Numbered from the stretch's first letter, positions 48,801 to 59,179 are shown. The stretch: DNA of 64,000 nt from Candidatus Poribacteria bacterium (GCA_963665235.2 CAXXLX010000002.1:672001-736000), one strand, 5' to 3'. Notes: generated by a model not told the origin, from the sequence alone. A program made the numbers and translations.

Positions 48801-48926
48801 GCGAAGGCATTAGCAGCAACAGGCGAATCCCCCGCAACACAGGGAATTGAGCCTATCGAACTTGCAGCGTGGACCTCTGTCGCACGGGTGATTTTGAACT
48901 TGCACGAAACGATTACACGGTATTGA
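45837..48926 (+). CDS. Planctomycete-type cytochrome c / DUF1549 / DUF1553 (PSD1) protein
   Basis: F.RDIRPILSDKCYACHGPD, NPIDAFI, YGERMA..WLDLVRYADT, CAQCHDHKFDP, NPLTARTFVNRLW, TPMQALTLLND. Confidence 0.93.
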   Translation: MFRTGRKTELFSLMQLGKGFLYLLPIVLLMITTLQVANAVDKLQFDRDIRPILSDKCYACHGPDPATRQANLRLDTKEGAFSDPSGYPIIVPGEPENSELVRRITHENLDERMPPQISNRQPTQEQIDTLIRWVAEGAEWEEHWAYNSPKRAEQPAVKNADWIRNPIDAFILGRLEAEGLEPSPAADKRTLIRRLHFDLTGLLPTPGEVEQFVRDKHPEAYQTLINRLLSAPQYGERMAIYWLDLVRYADTSGYHSDENVNVWPYRDYVIKAFNENMPFHEFTLENLAGDLLSNATSAQKVASGYNRLNQTTAEGGAQAKEYLAIYAADRVRTTASVWLGATLGCAQCHDHKFDPYTAKDFYSFAAFFADVEGPGVYRGGSRWEPVVMLPTSEQQAELQEIDEELVRLREVFQLPSPGLQAEQAAWEAETRTLLQSTEPADFAWVDDAQSNGGRTEGTWKFVNKNEAPVFSKERSRIQTAAPEQLVQHAFRGANRKVTLAEGDKLFAYVWLDPETPPKTIMLQWNDGSWDHRAFWGEDKITYGDIGADTPAHKPMGVLPNLGEWIRLEVDPAVVGLKAGSVLNGMAFTQFGGKAYWDVAGVATTIGVVTRNSHDGAVINAIQVDPFVRTTNQRKRIEDYYRRIAPALDGIRNQMAALEKRKTDIRGQSAYSLTTVSGQPRTTRILPRGNWLDDSGEIVEPMIPEFMGDLGIKNRRPTRLDLAKWVVSRNNPLTARTFVNRLWALFFGTGISRVLDDLGAQGEPPVHSELLDWLAVEFMESDWNVKHIVKLIVTSNAYRQASVPNDVLHEKDPYNRLVARQSRWRLDAEIVRDNALLLSGLLVSKIGGPSVRPYQPSGYYSNLNFPKRRYVHDTGADQYRRGLYTHWQRTFLHPSMMAFDAPSRQECTAERSASNTPMQALTLLNDPTYVETARVFAARIFKEGGKTPTDRIQWAFHRALSRLPQPNELEIMTRLYEKHKTEYTGNVDAAKALAATGESPATQGIEPIELAAWTSVARVILNLHETITRY

Positions 48927-48993
48927 ATTGGCTAATGGCTGTTGGCTAATGGCAATTAACCAACAGCCAGCGTTGCCACAGGAGGACTTAGAT

Positions 48994-50436
48994 ATGCCGA
49001 TAGATATTCATCATGAGGAAACCAAACTTCGCCTTACAAGGCGCACCTTCTTAGGGAAAACAGTGCGCGGCATCGGGTCGCTTGCGCTCGCATCCCTACT
49101 CACGCCATCTTTGCTAGAGGCTGCACCACAGATTGAACGATGGCCCGGAATCATTACCGAACCGCATGTACCGCCTAAAGCGAAACGGATTATCCACCTT
49201 TGCATGGCAGGCGGCCCCTCACACCTAGAGACCTTAGATTACAAACCGAAACTCGCGGAAATGCACGGCAAACCGATGCCGCAATCGTTCACTAAAGGGC
49301 AACCGATTGCCCAACTCCAGGGACAAGCAAATTCGCTCAAATGCCTCGGGCCCACACACGAATTTAAAAAGTGGGGAGAATCGGGACAGGAGATGAGCAC
49401 CGCTTTTCCACACATCGGCAGTCTTGCAGATGATATCTGTATCGTGCGCTCATTACGCACCGAGCAGATTAATCACGACCCCGCGCACACCTTTATGAAT
49501 ACTGGCACTGCTATTTCTGGCAGACCCAGCATGGGCTCCTGGTTGCTATACGGGCTCGGCAGTGAAAATGAAAACCTGCCCGGTTACGTCGTACTTATCT
49601 CCTCCGGGGGCGGACAAGACCAACCGATTGCAACGCGGCAATGGCATAGTGGCTTCCTGCCCGGTCAATTTCAAGGCGTTCAATTCCATTCCAGCGGCGA
49701 TCCGGTCCACTATGTCTCTAGCCCAGGCGGTGTCAGTCATGAACAGCAGCGTGACGTTGTAGATGCCGTGCAGAACTTGAACGGTATATTGAATGAAACA
49801 GTAGATGATCCGACGATTGCAACGCGTATCAATCAGTATGAGATGGCATTCCGCATGCAAACGAGTGTCCCTGAATTAACCGACATCTCTCAAGAGCCGC
49901 AGCATATTCTTGATATGTATGGCGCAAAGCCGGGGGATGGCTCGTACGCCTCGAACTGTCTACTTGCCCGAAGATTAGCAGAACGCGGCGTGAGGTTTAT
50001 CCAACTCTACCATCGCGGCTGGGACCATCATGGGGGCATTCAGAACGCCATCAAGACAACTGCCGGCTATGTTGATAAAGCCACAGCAGCCCTCATTAAT
50101 GATCTGAAACAGCGTGGTATGTTAGAGGATACCTTAGTTATCTGGGGCGGAGAATTCGGTAGAACCCCCATGGCACAAGGCAGCGGACGCGACCATCACA
50201 TCAAAGGATTCTCAATGTGGATGGCAGGCGGCGGTGTCAAAGGCGGAATTAGCTACGGTAACACCGATGAACTCGGTTACAATGCCGTTGAAAACATCGT
50301 GCACGTCCACGACTTCCACGCCACAATGCTACATCTATTCGGCATTGACCACGAAAAATTGATATACCGTTTCCAAGGCCGAGATTTCCGTCTCACTGAC
50401 GTACACGGGCACGTTGTTCGCGACATTTTGGCTTAA
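48994..50436 (+). CDS. DUF1501 family protein (Tat signal)
   Basis: TRRTFL, GGPSHLET.DYKP, RPSMGSW..YGLG, ARRLAERGVRF, GEFGRTP, GRDH; GGAGG RBS. Confidence 0.93.
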   Translation: MPIDIHHEETKLRLTRRTFLGKTVRGIGSLALASLLTPSLLEAAPQIERWPGIITEPHVPPKAKRIIHLCMAGGPSHLETLDYKPKLAEMHGKPMPQSFTKGQPIAQLQGQANSLKCLGPTHEFKKWGESGQEMSTAFPHIGSLADDICIVRSLRTEQINHDPAHTFMNTGTAISGRPSMGSWLLYGLGSENENLPGYVVLISSGGGQDQPIATRQWHSGFLPGQFQGVQFHSSGDPVHYVSSPGGVSHEQQRDVVDAVQNLNGILNETVDDPTIATRINQYEMAFRMQTSVPELTDISQEPQHILDMYGAKPGDGSYASNCLLARRLAERGVRFIQLYHRGWDHHGGIQNAIKTTAGYVDKATAALINDLKQRGMLEDTLVIWGGEFGRTPMAQGSGRDHHIKGFSMWMAGGGVKGGISYGNTDELGYNAVENIVHVHDFHATMLHLFGIDHEKLIYRFQGRDFRLTDVHGHVVRDILA

Positions 50437-50475
50437 GATAAACTGCACGCTCCACTGTGGCAACAGCCAAAAACT

Positions 50476-50757
50476 ATGAACACTAAACCGATTCAACTCC
50501 AATTCTACACGAAACCGGAGTGCCCACTCTGCGACGAAGCAAAATCGACACTAGAGAGAATCAAGCATAAATTCGCGTTTGTTGTTGTAGAGGAGATTGA
50601 CATCACGAAAAACCTGGGACTGTTCACAAAGTATAAACTGATGATTCCGGTGCTTGAGCTGAACGGAAAACAGCTTTTTGCCCATCACATTGACACAAAA
50701 AAGTTGGAATGGCAGCTAAGATGGTACCAGTTTCGGCAACGTTTCTTGAAGAACTAA
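50476..50757 (+). CDS. Glutaredoxin-like protein (DUF836)
   Basis: YTKPECPLCDEA, DI, IPVL. Confidence 0.85.
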   Translation: MNTKPIQLQFYTKPECPLCDEAKSTLERIKHKFAFVVVEEIDITKNLGLFTKYKLMIPVLELNGKQLFAHHIDTKKLEWQLRWYQFRQRFLKN

Positions 50758-50770
50758 GCGGGAGAACGAG

Positions 50771-51220
50771 ATGGACCATCCAAAACATATTGTCGCTGTC
50801 TCTGGACTGGTAAGTCATCCGAACGGTGACATCCTGCTTATACGAGGTCCCCGCCGCGGCTGGGAATTCCCAGGCGGTCAGGTCGAAGAGGGTGAAAATC
50901 TCATTGAGGCACTGCAACGCGAAATTTTAGAGGAGACCGGTGTTACGGCATCCATTGGGGCTCTGGTTGGCATCTATTCGAACATAAAACCGCCTACAAA
51001 AGTGATGTTCGGTTTCCTAGGCGATTACGTTCGCGGCGAATTGACCACCAGCGATGAGAGTCTGGAAACCGAATGGGTTGCACGGAATACCGCTTTGCAA
51101 CGCGTATCAAATCCTGCTATCTATGACCGAATGAAAGATAAACTCAACTTTTCGGGACGTATCATTTACCGCGTTTACACGACGCATCCCTATCAGGTTT
51201 ATCAACAACATTTTCTGTAA
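50771..51220 (+). CDS. NUDIX hydrolase
   Basis: Nudix box GGQVEEGENLIEALQREILEETG. Confidence 0.92.
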   Translation: MDHPKHIVAVSGLVSHPNGDILLIRGPRRGWEFPGGQVEEGENLIEALQREILEETGVTASIGALVGIYSNIKPPTKVMFGFLGDYVRGELTTSDESLETEWVARNTALQRVSNPAIYDRMKDKLNFSGRIIYRVYTTHPYQVYQQHFL

Positions 51221-51304
51221 ATCGGAACGGGTGATAAATCACCCTACTACAAACATAATTGCCAATTTCGCCAAGAGCTAATTGCTAACATGAAAGGAGA
51301 AAGC

Positions 51305-52375
51305 GTGAAAGAGATTCGTGTCTTAAGAAATTTTGTTCTTTTTGGATTAGGATTACTATTAATTTGTGGGTGTGAGCGGATGCAGGGAGCAATACCCCCC
51401 GACCCTTCAGATGGTATGGGAAGCACACCGCTCCGCGTAACAATGGTATATCCAAACGATTGTGTCGGTACAGCAGCGTATTGTGACGGTTTTCATATCG
51501 GCGTAACAGCTGCTAAAGAAAAGCTGGGGATTATCCTTAGCGAAGTAAACGGTATGGAAAATGACCCTGTGGCGACAGAAAAGGTAGTCAGAACAGCCGC
51601 ACAAAATTCAAACCTCGTTCTCGCAGCAGGTTATCAATTGGGAGAGGTAATCGCGCGTGTCGCCCCCGAATTTCCCGATGTCCAATTCGCCATCTTTGAC
51701 GTTGTCCTCGATATTCCGAACGTAGCCTCTGTGAACTACAAAGCCAACGAAGGCTCATTTTTAGTAGGCGCGATTGCCGCTTTAAAATCGGAAAGTGGAA
51801 AAATCGGTTTCATCGGCGGCGTTGATGTTCCTCTAATACATGAATTTGAAGCCGGGTATATCGCTGGAATTCAGTCCATCAATCCGGACGCTGACATCTC
51901 TGTTGAATACATCAGCGAGGATGTAACAGGTTTCGTCCAACCGGACAGGGCAAAAGCGATGGCATTGGCACAATATGCAAACGGCGTTGATGTTATCTAC
52001 GTCGCTGCTGGCGGCTCTGGACAGGGTGTCCTTGAAGCAGCACAACAACAGCAAAAATATATCATCTGGGTTGACTCCAACGGAAATCATCTCGCCCCGG
52101 GCGTAGTCCTCACAAGTATGGCAAAAGAGCTTCCGGCATCGGTGCAGCGCATCATTCGAGAAACCATCGAAGGCAATTTTATGGCAGGTACCCGTTATTT
52201 CGGACTTGAAGATGGGGGAGTTTACTACGCTGTAGATGAACACAACCGCTCCCTGCTTTCGGACGACATCATTGCAACAGTTGAATCGCTAAAAGCGAAA
52301 GTTATCGCAGGGGAGATTGTCGTTCCTGACACCATTTCACTCCCGCGTCGCGGGAATAGACAGGAGAGGATATGA
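51305..52375 (+). CDS. BMP family ABC substrate-binding lipoprotein, copy 1
   Basis: Lipobox ICGC; EGSFLVG, GFIGG, FEAGY, DVIY.AAG, IWVD, LTSM.K; GTG start after AAGGAG. Confidence 0.9.
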   Translation: MKEIRVLRNFVLFGLGLLLICGCERMQGAIPPDPSDGMGSTPLRVTMVYPNDCVGTAAYCDGFHIGVTAAKEKLGIILSEVNGMENDPVATEKVVRTAAQNSNLVLAAGYQLGEVIARVAPEFPDVQFAIFDVVLDIPNVASVNYKANEGSFLVGAIAALKSESGKIGFIGGVDVPLIHEFEAGYIAGIQSINPDADISVEYISEDVTGFVQPDRAKAMALAQYANGVDVIYVAAGGSGQGVLEAAQQQQKYIIWVDSNGNHLAPGVVLTSMAKELPASVQRIIRETIEGNFMAGTRYFGLEDGGVYYAVDEHNRSLLSDDIIATVESLKAKVIAGEIVVPDTISLPRRGNRQERI

Positions 52376-53426
52376 AAGAAACTTGTATCTTAAAGCGTTT
52401 GGTTTGGTTCTGTTGGGTTTGGGATTGCTATTAATTTGTGGGTGTGAGCGGATGCAGGCAGTAATACCCCCCGAACCCTCGGATGGTATAGGAAACACAC
52501 CGCTTCGCGTAACAATGGTATATCCGAGCGATTGTGTCGGCACCTCGGCTTACTGTGACGGTTTTCATACCGGCGTAACAGCCGCTGAAGAAAAGCTGGG
52601 GATTATCCTTAGCGAAGTAAACGGTATGGAAAGCGAGCCTGTGACTACGGAGAGGGTAGTCAGAGCAGCCGCACAAAATTCAGACCTCGTTCTGGCAGCA
52701 AGTTATCAATTCAGTGCGGTAATCGTGCGTGTCGCCCCTGAATTTCCCGATGTCCAATTTGCTATTTTTGACGCTATCGTTGATATTCCGAACGTGGCCT
52801 CCGTGAACTACAAATCTAATGGCGGGTCATTTTTGGTTGGGGCAATTGCCGCTTTAAAATCGGAAAGTGGAAAAATCGGTTTCATCGGCGCGGTTGATGC
52901 CCCCTTAGTCCACGAATTTGAAGCCGGGTATATTGCTGGAATTCAGACTATCAATCCGGACGCTGACATCTCTGTTGAGTATATTAGCGAGGATGTAACA
53001 GGTTTCGTCCAACCGGACAAGGCAAAAACGATGGCATTGGCACAATATGCAAACGGCGTTGATGTCATTTACGCGCCCGCTGGCAGCTCTGCCCAGGGAA
53101 TCCTTGAAGCAGCACAACAACAGCAAAAATATATCATCTGGGTTGACTCCAACGGAAATCATCTCGCCCCGGGCGTAGTCCTCACAAGTATGGCAAAAGA
53201 GCTTCCGGCATCGGTGCAGCGTATCATTCGAGAAACCGTCGAAGGCAATTTTATAGCGGGGCCCCGTTATTTCGGTCTTGAAAATGGGGGAGTTTACTAC
53301 GCTGTAGATGAACACAACCGCTCCCTGCTTTCGGACGACATCATTGCAACAGTTGAATCGCTAAAAGCAAAAATTATCGCGGGTGAGATTGTCGTTCCTG
53401 ACACCATTTCGCTCCCGCGGGAATAG
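52372..53426 (+). pseudogene. BMP family lipoprotein copy 2, frameshifted in the signal peptide
   Basis: ATG 52372 after AGGAGAGG is out of frame with the body; a 5-nt duplication (CGTTTGGTTTGGTTCTG versus CGTTTGGTTCTG) explains the shift; the body is highly similar to copy 1. Confidence 0.7.
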
Positions 53427-53444
53427 AATGGAAAAGGAGGGTTC

Positions 53445-53831
53445 ATGCGTAATCTATATCCGCATCCAGTGTATGAAGGTAAACGTAGTATTGCCGTCGG
53501 CGTTTTGGCAACTTTAATCACTTGTGGTATCTATGGGCTCTACTGGCAATACAAGCAGATAGATACCCTCAACGCCTGGTTGAAAAGAAACGAATATTCT
53601 TTTTGGCTATGGCTTTTTCTTACGATACTCACCTGTGGTATTTTCGGGATTTATTATGAATATAAGCTGGCAACCGGCATCAATGAGATACAGTCTAACA
53701 ACGGTGTGTTAATAGATCCGAATCTGCCAATCCTTTGTGTCCTGTTAGCACTATTTGGAGTAGGTATCGCCTCACTTGCTATTCAGCAATACCATATCAA
53801 CAAACTCTACGGAGACACCTCCGATGGTTAA
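53445..53831 (+). CDS. DUF4234 family membrane protein
   Basis: RS....L.TLITCGIYGLYW.Y; repeated LTCGIFGIYY; QQ..IN. Confidence 0.8.
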   Translation: MRNLYPHPVYEGKRSIAVGVLATLITCGIYGLYWQYKQIDTLNAWLKRNEYSFWLWLFLTILTCGIFGIYYEYKLATGINEIQSNNGVLIDPNLPILCVLLALFGVGIASLAIQQYHINKLYGDTSDG

Positions 53832-54198
53832 TCCTATTTTTCTTGCGCGTTTTTTTCTGCTCGGGTTAGGCGTTATAGCAATTTACATGGCGGTGTTAGG
53901 AAAATCGCCGGAGGAGATTTCATTAGTACCATGTCCATTTCATTCTATAACCGATGTTCCGTGCCCTGGGTGCGGAATGACGCGTGCATGTATCGCGCTA
54001 ACACATGTCAATTTCGCCGATGCTTGGCATTATCATCCGTTCGCCTTTTTAGTTGTTGGGTTAGCCATCGGGGGCACCTTCTTCCCCTTGCAGCTAAAAA
54101 AGGCTTGGAATCGCACCGAGCCTCTATCTCGAAATATCGTTATCACTATTGGGATTTTCCTTTGTCTATCGTTGTGGGTGTATAAGCTCTGCACTTAG
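53824..54198 (+). CDS. DUF2752 family membrane protein
   Basis: CPFH.IT..PCPGCGMTRA, AW.YHP. Confidence 0.88.
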   Translation: MVNPIFLARFFLLGLGVIAIYMAVLGKSPEEISLVPCPFHSITDVPCPGCGMTRACIALTHVNFADAWHYHPFAFLVVGLAIGGTFFPLQLKKAWNRTEPLSRNIVITIGIFLCLSLWVYKLCT

Positions 54199-54373
54199 TA
54201 TATTTCTTGCCATTTGCTAATCGCCAATCGCCAATAACGATATGTTTATAGAATTATGACTATTGACTGTTGGAAACCGTTGACTGTTAGCAAGAAGGTT
54301 GTGATGCTAAACATATCTCTGCCGCGCGTCAAAACCCTCTTCCTCTGGTTTCCAATTTGTCAATTGCCAATTG

Positions 54374-56004
54374 CTAATAACCAATCGCTATTGAGGGTTG
54401 TTCCCGCACCACAGGGATAACATAACTCCGAATTGTGACACCGTCAACTGTCTCTGTGTCCACAAGCGGCATCGGGGTGCGCCGATGGTCAAAGACAACA
54501 TAATACCCCTCTACTGCCCCCTCTGTTTTGATATGTGCCGCCAGCTGCTTCTTGCCCGCCTCATAATACATTGCACCCCGCCATACCTTCGTCTCAACGA
54601 TATACTTCTTTTGTTTGTGCGTAATCAGCAAATCCATCCGACCTCGACCCGTTGGCACCTCTATGTGCATCACCCCCCCCCGACAAGTTTCACGAACTGG
54701 TCAAGATAGGATAGCAGCAGCAATCTTCCGACAGACTCCCGCGGTGTATCCGGCACCTGTAGAATCCCGAAACCCGCACGCACAATGAAATCCCGAAAGT
54801 TATCCAACAATGCCTCTAACGCAATCTCTCCTATAGGGGTGAGGTAATGTAAAAAACCGCCTGGCGTGTCTTCGGCGAAGTATTCATCCTCTAATCCGTT
54901 CACGGCAGGTTTGAATGTTTTTAGAATACAGGACAGATAAATCGGGTTCACTATTTCACACATATCGTCAGCCCCTTTTGTAATGACACCATAAGTGGCG
55001 AGTTCGCTGATAACGTCATCGTATAAATTGAATTCCACGCCTTCATCTCGCCCCATAATACGCATCAGGAAGGTTTCAAAACGGCGGTTTCTGCGGATAT
55101 TGGTCGACAAATGCCTCAGGTTGACGTTGTCTTCCTTAAGGAGCAGTGCGTGCGCTTTCGCAAAGTGCGCGGGGGTAATCGTCTCTGTTTTCGCAATGTC
55201 TAATTCTTCGGTGAGTATTTGTCCGAACCGATTGACAAGGAACGGTTGGCCAGCCGTCTGTTTATGAATGGACTCAAGGACTTCTGGGGTGAAGGCTTGA
55301 CCGACTTCCGCTGTATACTGTCCGAATAGTTCCCGCACCTCTTCAAGTGTAAAGTTCGGTAATTTGAACTCATTTTGGATATTGAAAGGTGAGACAGAGG
55401 AGTCGTAGTCGAGTTGTGTGATGTTCTTAACCCCGACAATACCGACACTGTGCGGACAGTGCATATCATCCGAAAGATAAACCTCGCGGAGGGCATAAAG
55501 GAAATCGCTCACGACAGTTGAGGGGATACCATCAAACTCATCAATCAGCAGCACAACCCGTTTGAATGCCGGGACCGCATAGTGAGCATCACTGTTTAGA
55601 AAACGCTCAAGGTCTTCAAAGAAATTGACCATTGAAAAATCATCAGTTAGCGTTGTCCTTTCCAAAAACTGCGCTAACGCCTCGGAAGGTCTGCCTCCGC
55701 GTTTTTGAAAAATGTTCACAATTTGCCGACGAATCTTGTAGTACAGCCGCTCGTAAAACGTGTCAGGTGAAACATTCCGCATCCCTTGAAAATCCAACTG
55801 TATCGGAAAATACTCAGGCTCTTCTGCTGCGAGTGCGGCTAGCGCGAATCGGAAAAAGGTGGTCTTGCCGGTCTGACGCGGCGCAAACAGCACAATGTAC
55901 TTGCCAGCTTTGACGCGCCCGATGAAATCGGCGATTTCTGCCGTGCGCGGCACAACATAGTGCTTATCAGGACGGACACGCCCCTCGGTGCCAAAACTTC
56001 GCAT
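54374..56004 (-). pseudogene. AAA-like ATPase with PD-(D/E)xK nuclease domain (paralog of 16763..18370), split by a frameshift in a G9 tract
   Basis: APRQTGKT, LLIDEFD, SPFNI; a C9 run at 54673-54681 on the + strand separates the ATPase from GRGRMDL..IVETK. Confidence 0.8.
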
Positions 56005-56154
56005 CTTTTTCTCCAGCGTGAAATTGTGTTTGTAGTCCGGATAAATCAACCCCAAAATTTAGTATAGACAAAGCACTACCTAGTAGGTCAAGTTTGAAAC
56101 AGAACAAACTCCCTTAAATTAATATACCATACTCTGACCTATACAAGCAAACCC

Positions 56155-57096
56155 CTAAAATCCTCGCAAAATAATTCCGCGTTCACCGACAATCCACCCC
56201 GAATTTTTGAAGAGATAGATATCCAACAAATTGTGTGTCGTAGGCGAGGGATAACGTTCCCAAATCTTTCCACCATCCGTTGTGTGAAGGATTACACCCT
56301 CTTCACCGACTGCCCAACCCCGTTTTTTGTCTTGAAACGTCACATCGCGTAAATGCTGTTTCATCGGATTTTCTTGCCGCTGCCACGTTTGTCCGCCATC
56401 AGAAGTATGCAAAATCAGGCCATTTGTACCTACAACCCACCCATGCGTCAGATTAGCAAAATGGACAGCAAATAACGGCTGTTCAACGCCACTTTCTTGA
56501 CGTATCCATTTTTGTCCACTAGTCCGTGTATAGAGTACTTCTCCTGCTTCCCCCACAATCCAGCCGTGTTTACTGTCTACAAAATGGACATTCCACAAGT
56601 GTTGTTCCGAATAACTTCTCTGTTTTTCCCACCGGTTGCCCCCATTCTGTGTATGAAGAACAGTGCCTCTTCCGCCAACTGCCCAACCCGCTGCTGCATT
56701 CACAAAATGTATGTCCAATAACCCCGCTGAGGTATTCACCCTTTGTGGATTCCACGATTTACCGGCACTCGCGGTATAAAACACCCCCCCTCTGCTAATA
56801 ACCCAGCCGTTATTTGGTGTTGTGAAATTAACATGAGTCAGGACATTCTTAGAAATAGCTTTGACGCTAGAGCGGTTCCAGGTCGTTCCGCGATTGGTAG
56901 TGGTTAAAACAGTACCTTCGGTACCGACCGCCCACCCGTGTTTTGCATCTACGAAATGCACGCCGTAGAGATGTACCTCTGTACCGCTATCAACCTGTTG
57001 CCACTGGAATTCAGCAGTATCCCGCGAACAACCGAAGTACGCAAGACCTCCGATTAATAAAACAGTAAGTAGAAGGAAATGTTTTGTTTGGGGCAT
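56155..57096 (-). CDS. YCF48-like beta-propeller lipoprotein
   Basis: Repeats of L..VHFVD...GWAVG..G.IL.T.DGG..W; lipobox YFGC. Confidence 0.88.
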   Translation of the reverse strand: MPQTKHFLLLTVLLIGGLAYFGCSRDTAEFQWQQVDSGTEVHLYGVHFVDAKHGWAVGTEGTVLTTTNRGTTWNRSSVKAISKNVLTHVNFTTPNNGWVISRGGVFYTASAGKSWNPQRVNTSAGLLDIHFVNAAAGWAVGGRGTVLHTQNGGNRWEKQRSYSEQHLWNVHFVDSKHGWIVGEAGEVLYTRTSGQKWIRQESGVEQPLFAVHFANLTHGWVVGTNGLILHTSDGGQTWQRQENPMKQHLRDVTFQDKKRGWAVGEEGVILHTTDGGKIWERYPSPTTHNLLDIYLFKNSGWIVGERGIILRGF

Positions 57097-57211
57097 GTGA
57101 AACCTCCATATAAATTTAATTGCATTTATCGATGGAATTGTGATATATTATTGTAAAGGATTTAATCCAGTTTGTCAACACAATTTTTATCGCTGGGAAA
57201 GGCGTATCGGC

Positions 57212-58120
57212 ATGAACTACATTATCGGTATTGATGGCGGGGGAACTAAAACCCTCGGACTGCTAACAACAGAAACAGGTGAACGTATCGCTCAAGTTCA
57301 AGCGGGTCCATCAAATTATCATGTAGTCGGTGAAACCGAAACGAAAAACGTCCTGACAACGGTTGTCACCGGGCTCCTTGCACAAGCGGGTATTTCCACA
57401 ACATCTTGTCCCATCTTCTGTTTGGGCATGGCAGGTTTAGGACGGGCCGAAGATAAAAAAGTCATCAGACAGATTTGCAACGAAATCGGCATAAACAGCG
57501 ATAGAATTCTCACCCACGATGCACATATCGGGCTCGTTGGTGGTATTGGAAAACAGGAGGGGGTCATCGTCATTTCGGGCACGGGCTCCATTGTCTACGG
57601 TATCAACAAGCAAGGTGAAGAGACACGCGCCGGCGGCTGGGGATATCTAATAGGCGATGAAGGCGGCGGATACGACATCGCACTAAAAGGGCTCCAAGCG
57701 GTTGCACGCGCGACAGATGACCGCGACATGCCAACCGCATTGACAAATCGCATCCTCAATAGGCTCGAATTGAATGAACCGAGTGAACTCATCCGCTGGG
57801 TGCATGCAGCAAAACGTGACGAAATTGCCCAATTGGCACAGCTAGTATTTCGCACAGCTGAAACAGGTGATACAATCACAACAAGAATTATCAATTCCGC
57901 GGCGGATGAACTTGTACTTGCCGCGGGGGCAGTAATAAAACAACTAACGTTCACAGCACCGTTCGATATTGTGCTCAGTGGCGGCAATCTGGTGCATCAA
58001 CCGATGTTCGCTGATAAACTTCGCACTCGGCTTGCCACAATCGAACCGATGGCAGAAGTGATACTTCCAAGACACGAACCCGTATACGGCGCAGTGTTAT
58101 TAGCACAGACGCAGCTATAG
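57212..58120 (+). CDS. BadF/BadG/BcrA/BcrD-type N-acetylglucosamine/N-acetylmuramate kinase
   Basis: IGIDGGGTKT, GMAG, HDA, ISGTGS, RAGGWG.LIGDEG.G; adjacent to murQ. Confidence 0.88.
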   Translation: MNYIIGIDGGGTKTLGLLTTETGERIAQVQAGPSNYHVVGETETKNVLTTVVTGLLAQAGISTTSCPIFCLGMAGLGRAEDKKVIRQICNEIGINSDRILTHDAHIGLVGGIGKQEGVIVISGTGSIVYGINKQGEETRAGGWGYLIGDEGGGYDIALKGLQAVARATDDRDMPTALTNRILNRLELNEPSELIRWVHAAKRDEIAQLAQLVFRTAETGDTITTRIINSAADELVLAAGAVIKQLTFTAPFDIVLSGGNLVHQPMFADKLRTRLATIEPMAEVILPRHEPVYGAVLLAQTQL

Positions 58121-58131
58121 GCGCAGCAGCA

Positions 58132-59028
58132 GTGATTACAGAACAACGAAACCCAAACTCAACCGATATTGACCTGAAGTCAATAACAGAAATCGTTCAA
58201 ATCTTTCACGAAGAAGATCGGAAGGCGGTCGAAGCAGTCGCAGCCGAATCGGACGCTATTGCACACGCCGTTGACATGATTATCACTGCATTTCGGCACG
58301 GCGGACGGCTGTTTTACGTAGGAGCCGGAACTAGCGGTAGACTCGGCGTGTTGGACGCATCCGAATGTCCACCAACCTTTAGCACCGCCCCAGAAATGGT
58401 CCAAGGCATTATTGCAGGCGGAGATATCGCACTACGACGCGCAGTCGAAGGCGAAGAAGATAAACCGGAACACGGCGCAAACGCTATGCGTCCGCATAAT
58501 CTGACACAACATGATGTCGTCGTCGGAATAGCTACCAGCGGGAGAACGCCTTACGTATTGGGGGCACTAAAGGCAGCACACACCCGAAAAGCAAAAACGA
58601 TTTTTTTCAGTTGTGTCCCACCCAAAGCAGAATTGAAAGCATACATAGACCATTTCATCACCCCCATTGTCGGACCTGAAATCATCACAGGCTCAACCCG
58701 GTTGAAAGCGGGGACAGCGACAAAACTTGTTCTTAATATGCTTACGACTATCTCTATGGTCAAGCTCGGCAAAGTTTACAACAATCTGATGGTAGATGTA
58801 CACGCCTCTAATACCAAATTGGTTGAACGGAGCGTCCGAATCGTCCAGACAGTTACCGGTGCCGATGCCACGAAGGCGGAGGCAGCTTTAAAACAGGCAG
58901 ATGGCAACGCGAAAGTAGCAATTGTGATGTTAGTAAAAGGAGCTAACGCAACCGATGCTATCGCGGTATTGGAAAAACATGCGGGTTTCCTGCGTCCCAT
59001 CTTAATGGAGACACCTATATCCGCATAA
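58132..59028 (+). CDS. murQ: N-acetylmuramic acid 6-phosphate etherase
   Basis: TEQRN, GAGTSGRLGVLDASECPPTF, SGRTPYV, GPEIITGSTRLKAGTATKLVLNM. Confidence 0.96.
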   Translation: MITEQRNPNSTDIDLKSITEIVQIFHEEDRKAVEAVAAESDAIAHAVDMIITAFRHGGRLFYVGAGTSGRLGVLDASECPPTFSTAPEMVQGIIAGGDIALRRAVEGEEDKPEHGANAMRPHNLTQHDVVVGIATSGRTPYVLGALKAAHTRKAKTIFFSCVPPKAELKAYIDHFITPIVGPEIITGSTRLKAGTATKLVLNMLTTISMVKLGKVYNNLMVDVHASNTKLVERSVRIVQTVTGADATKAEAALKQADGNAKVAIVMLVKGANATDAIAVLEKHAGFLRPILMETPISA

Positions 59029-59048
59029 CATAACCTCCCAAGGCTATT

Positions 59049-59135
59049 CTGTAGGAGCGAGCTGGGCTCGCGATATTAAGGCGCGGGCTGCTTGCCTGAA
59101 TACTGGGGCTAATAGGTTTACTATATTGCAACCCA
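59049..59135 (+). repeat. REP-like element GTAGGAGCGAGCTGGGCTCGCGA plus GCGGGCTGCTTGCCTGAATACT module
   Basis: Similar to 43423-43510; the module also occurs near 14918, 45553, and as reverse complement near 21035 and 33204. Confidence 0.65.
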
Positions 59136-59179
59136 AAACCTCTTCTTCTGTAGGTAGGGATTAAAAAAGGAGAAAATTT

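Noticed and set aside
51305-53426. Diversity-generating retroelement template/variable repeat pair
   Set aside because: Whole-gene duplication, differences are not adenine-specific, and no reverse transcriptase is in the window
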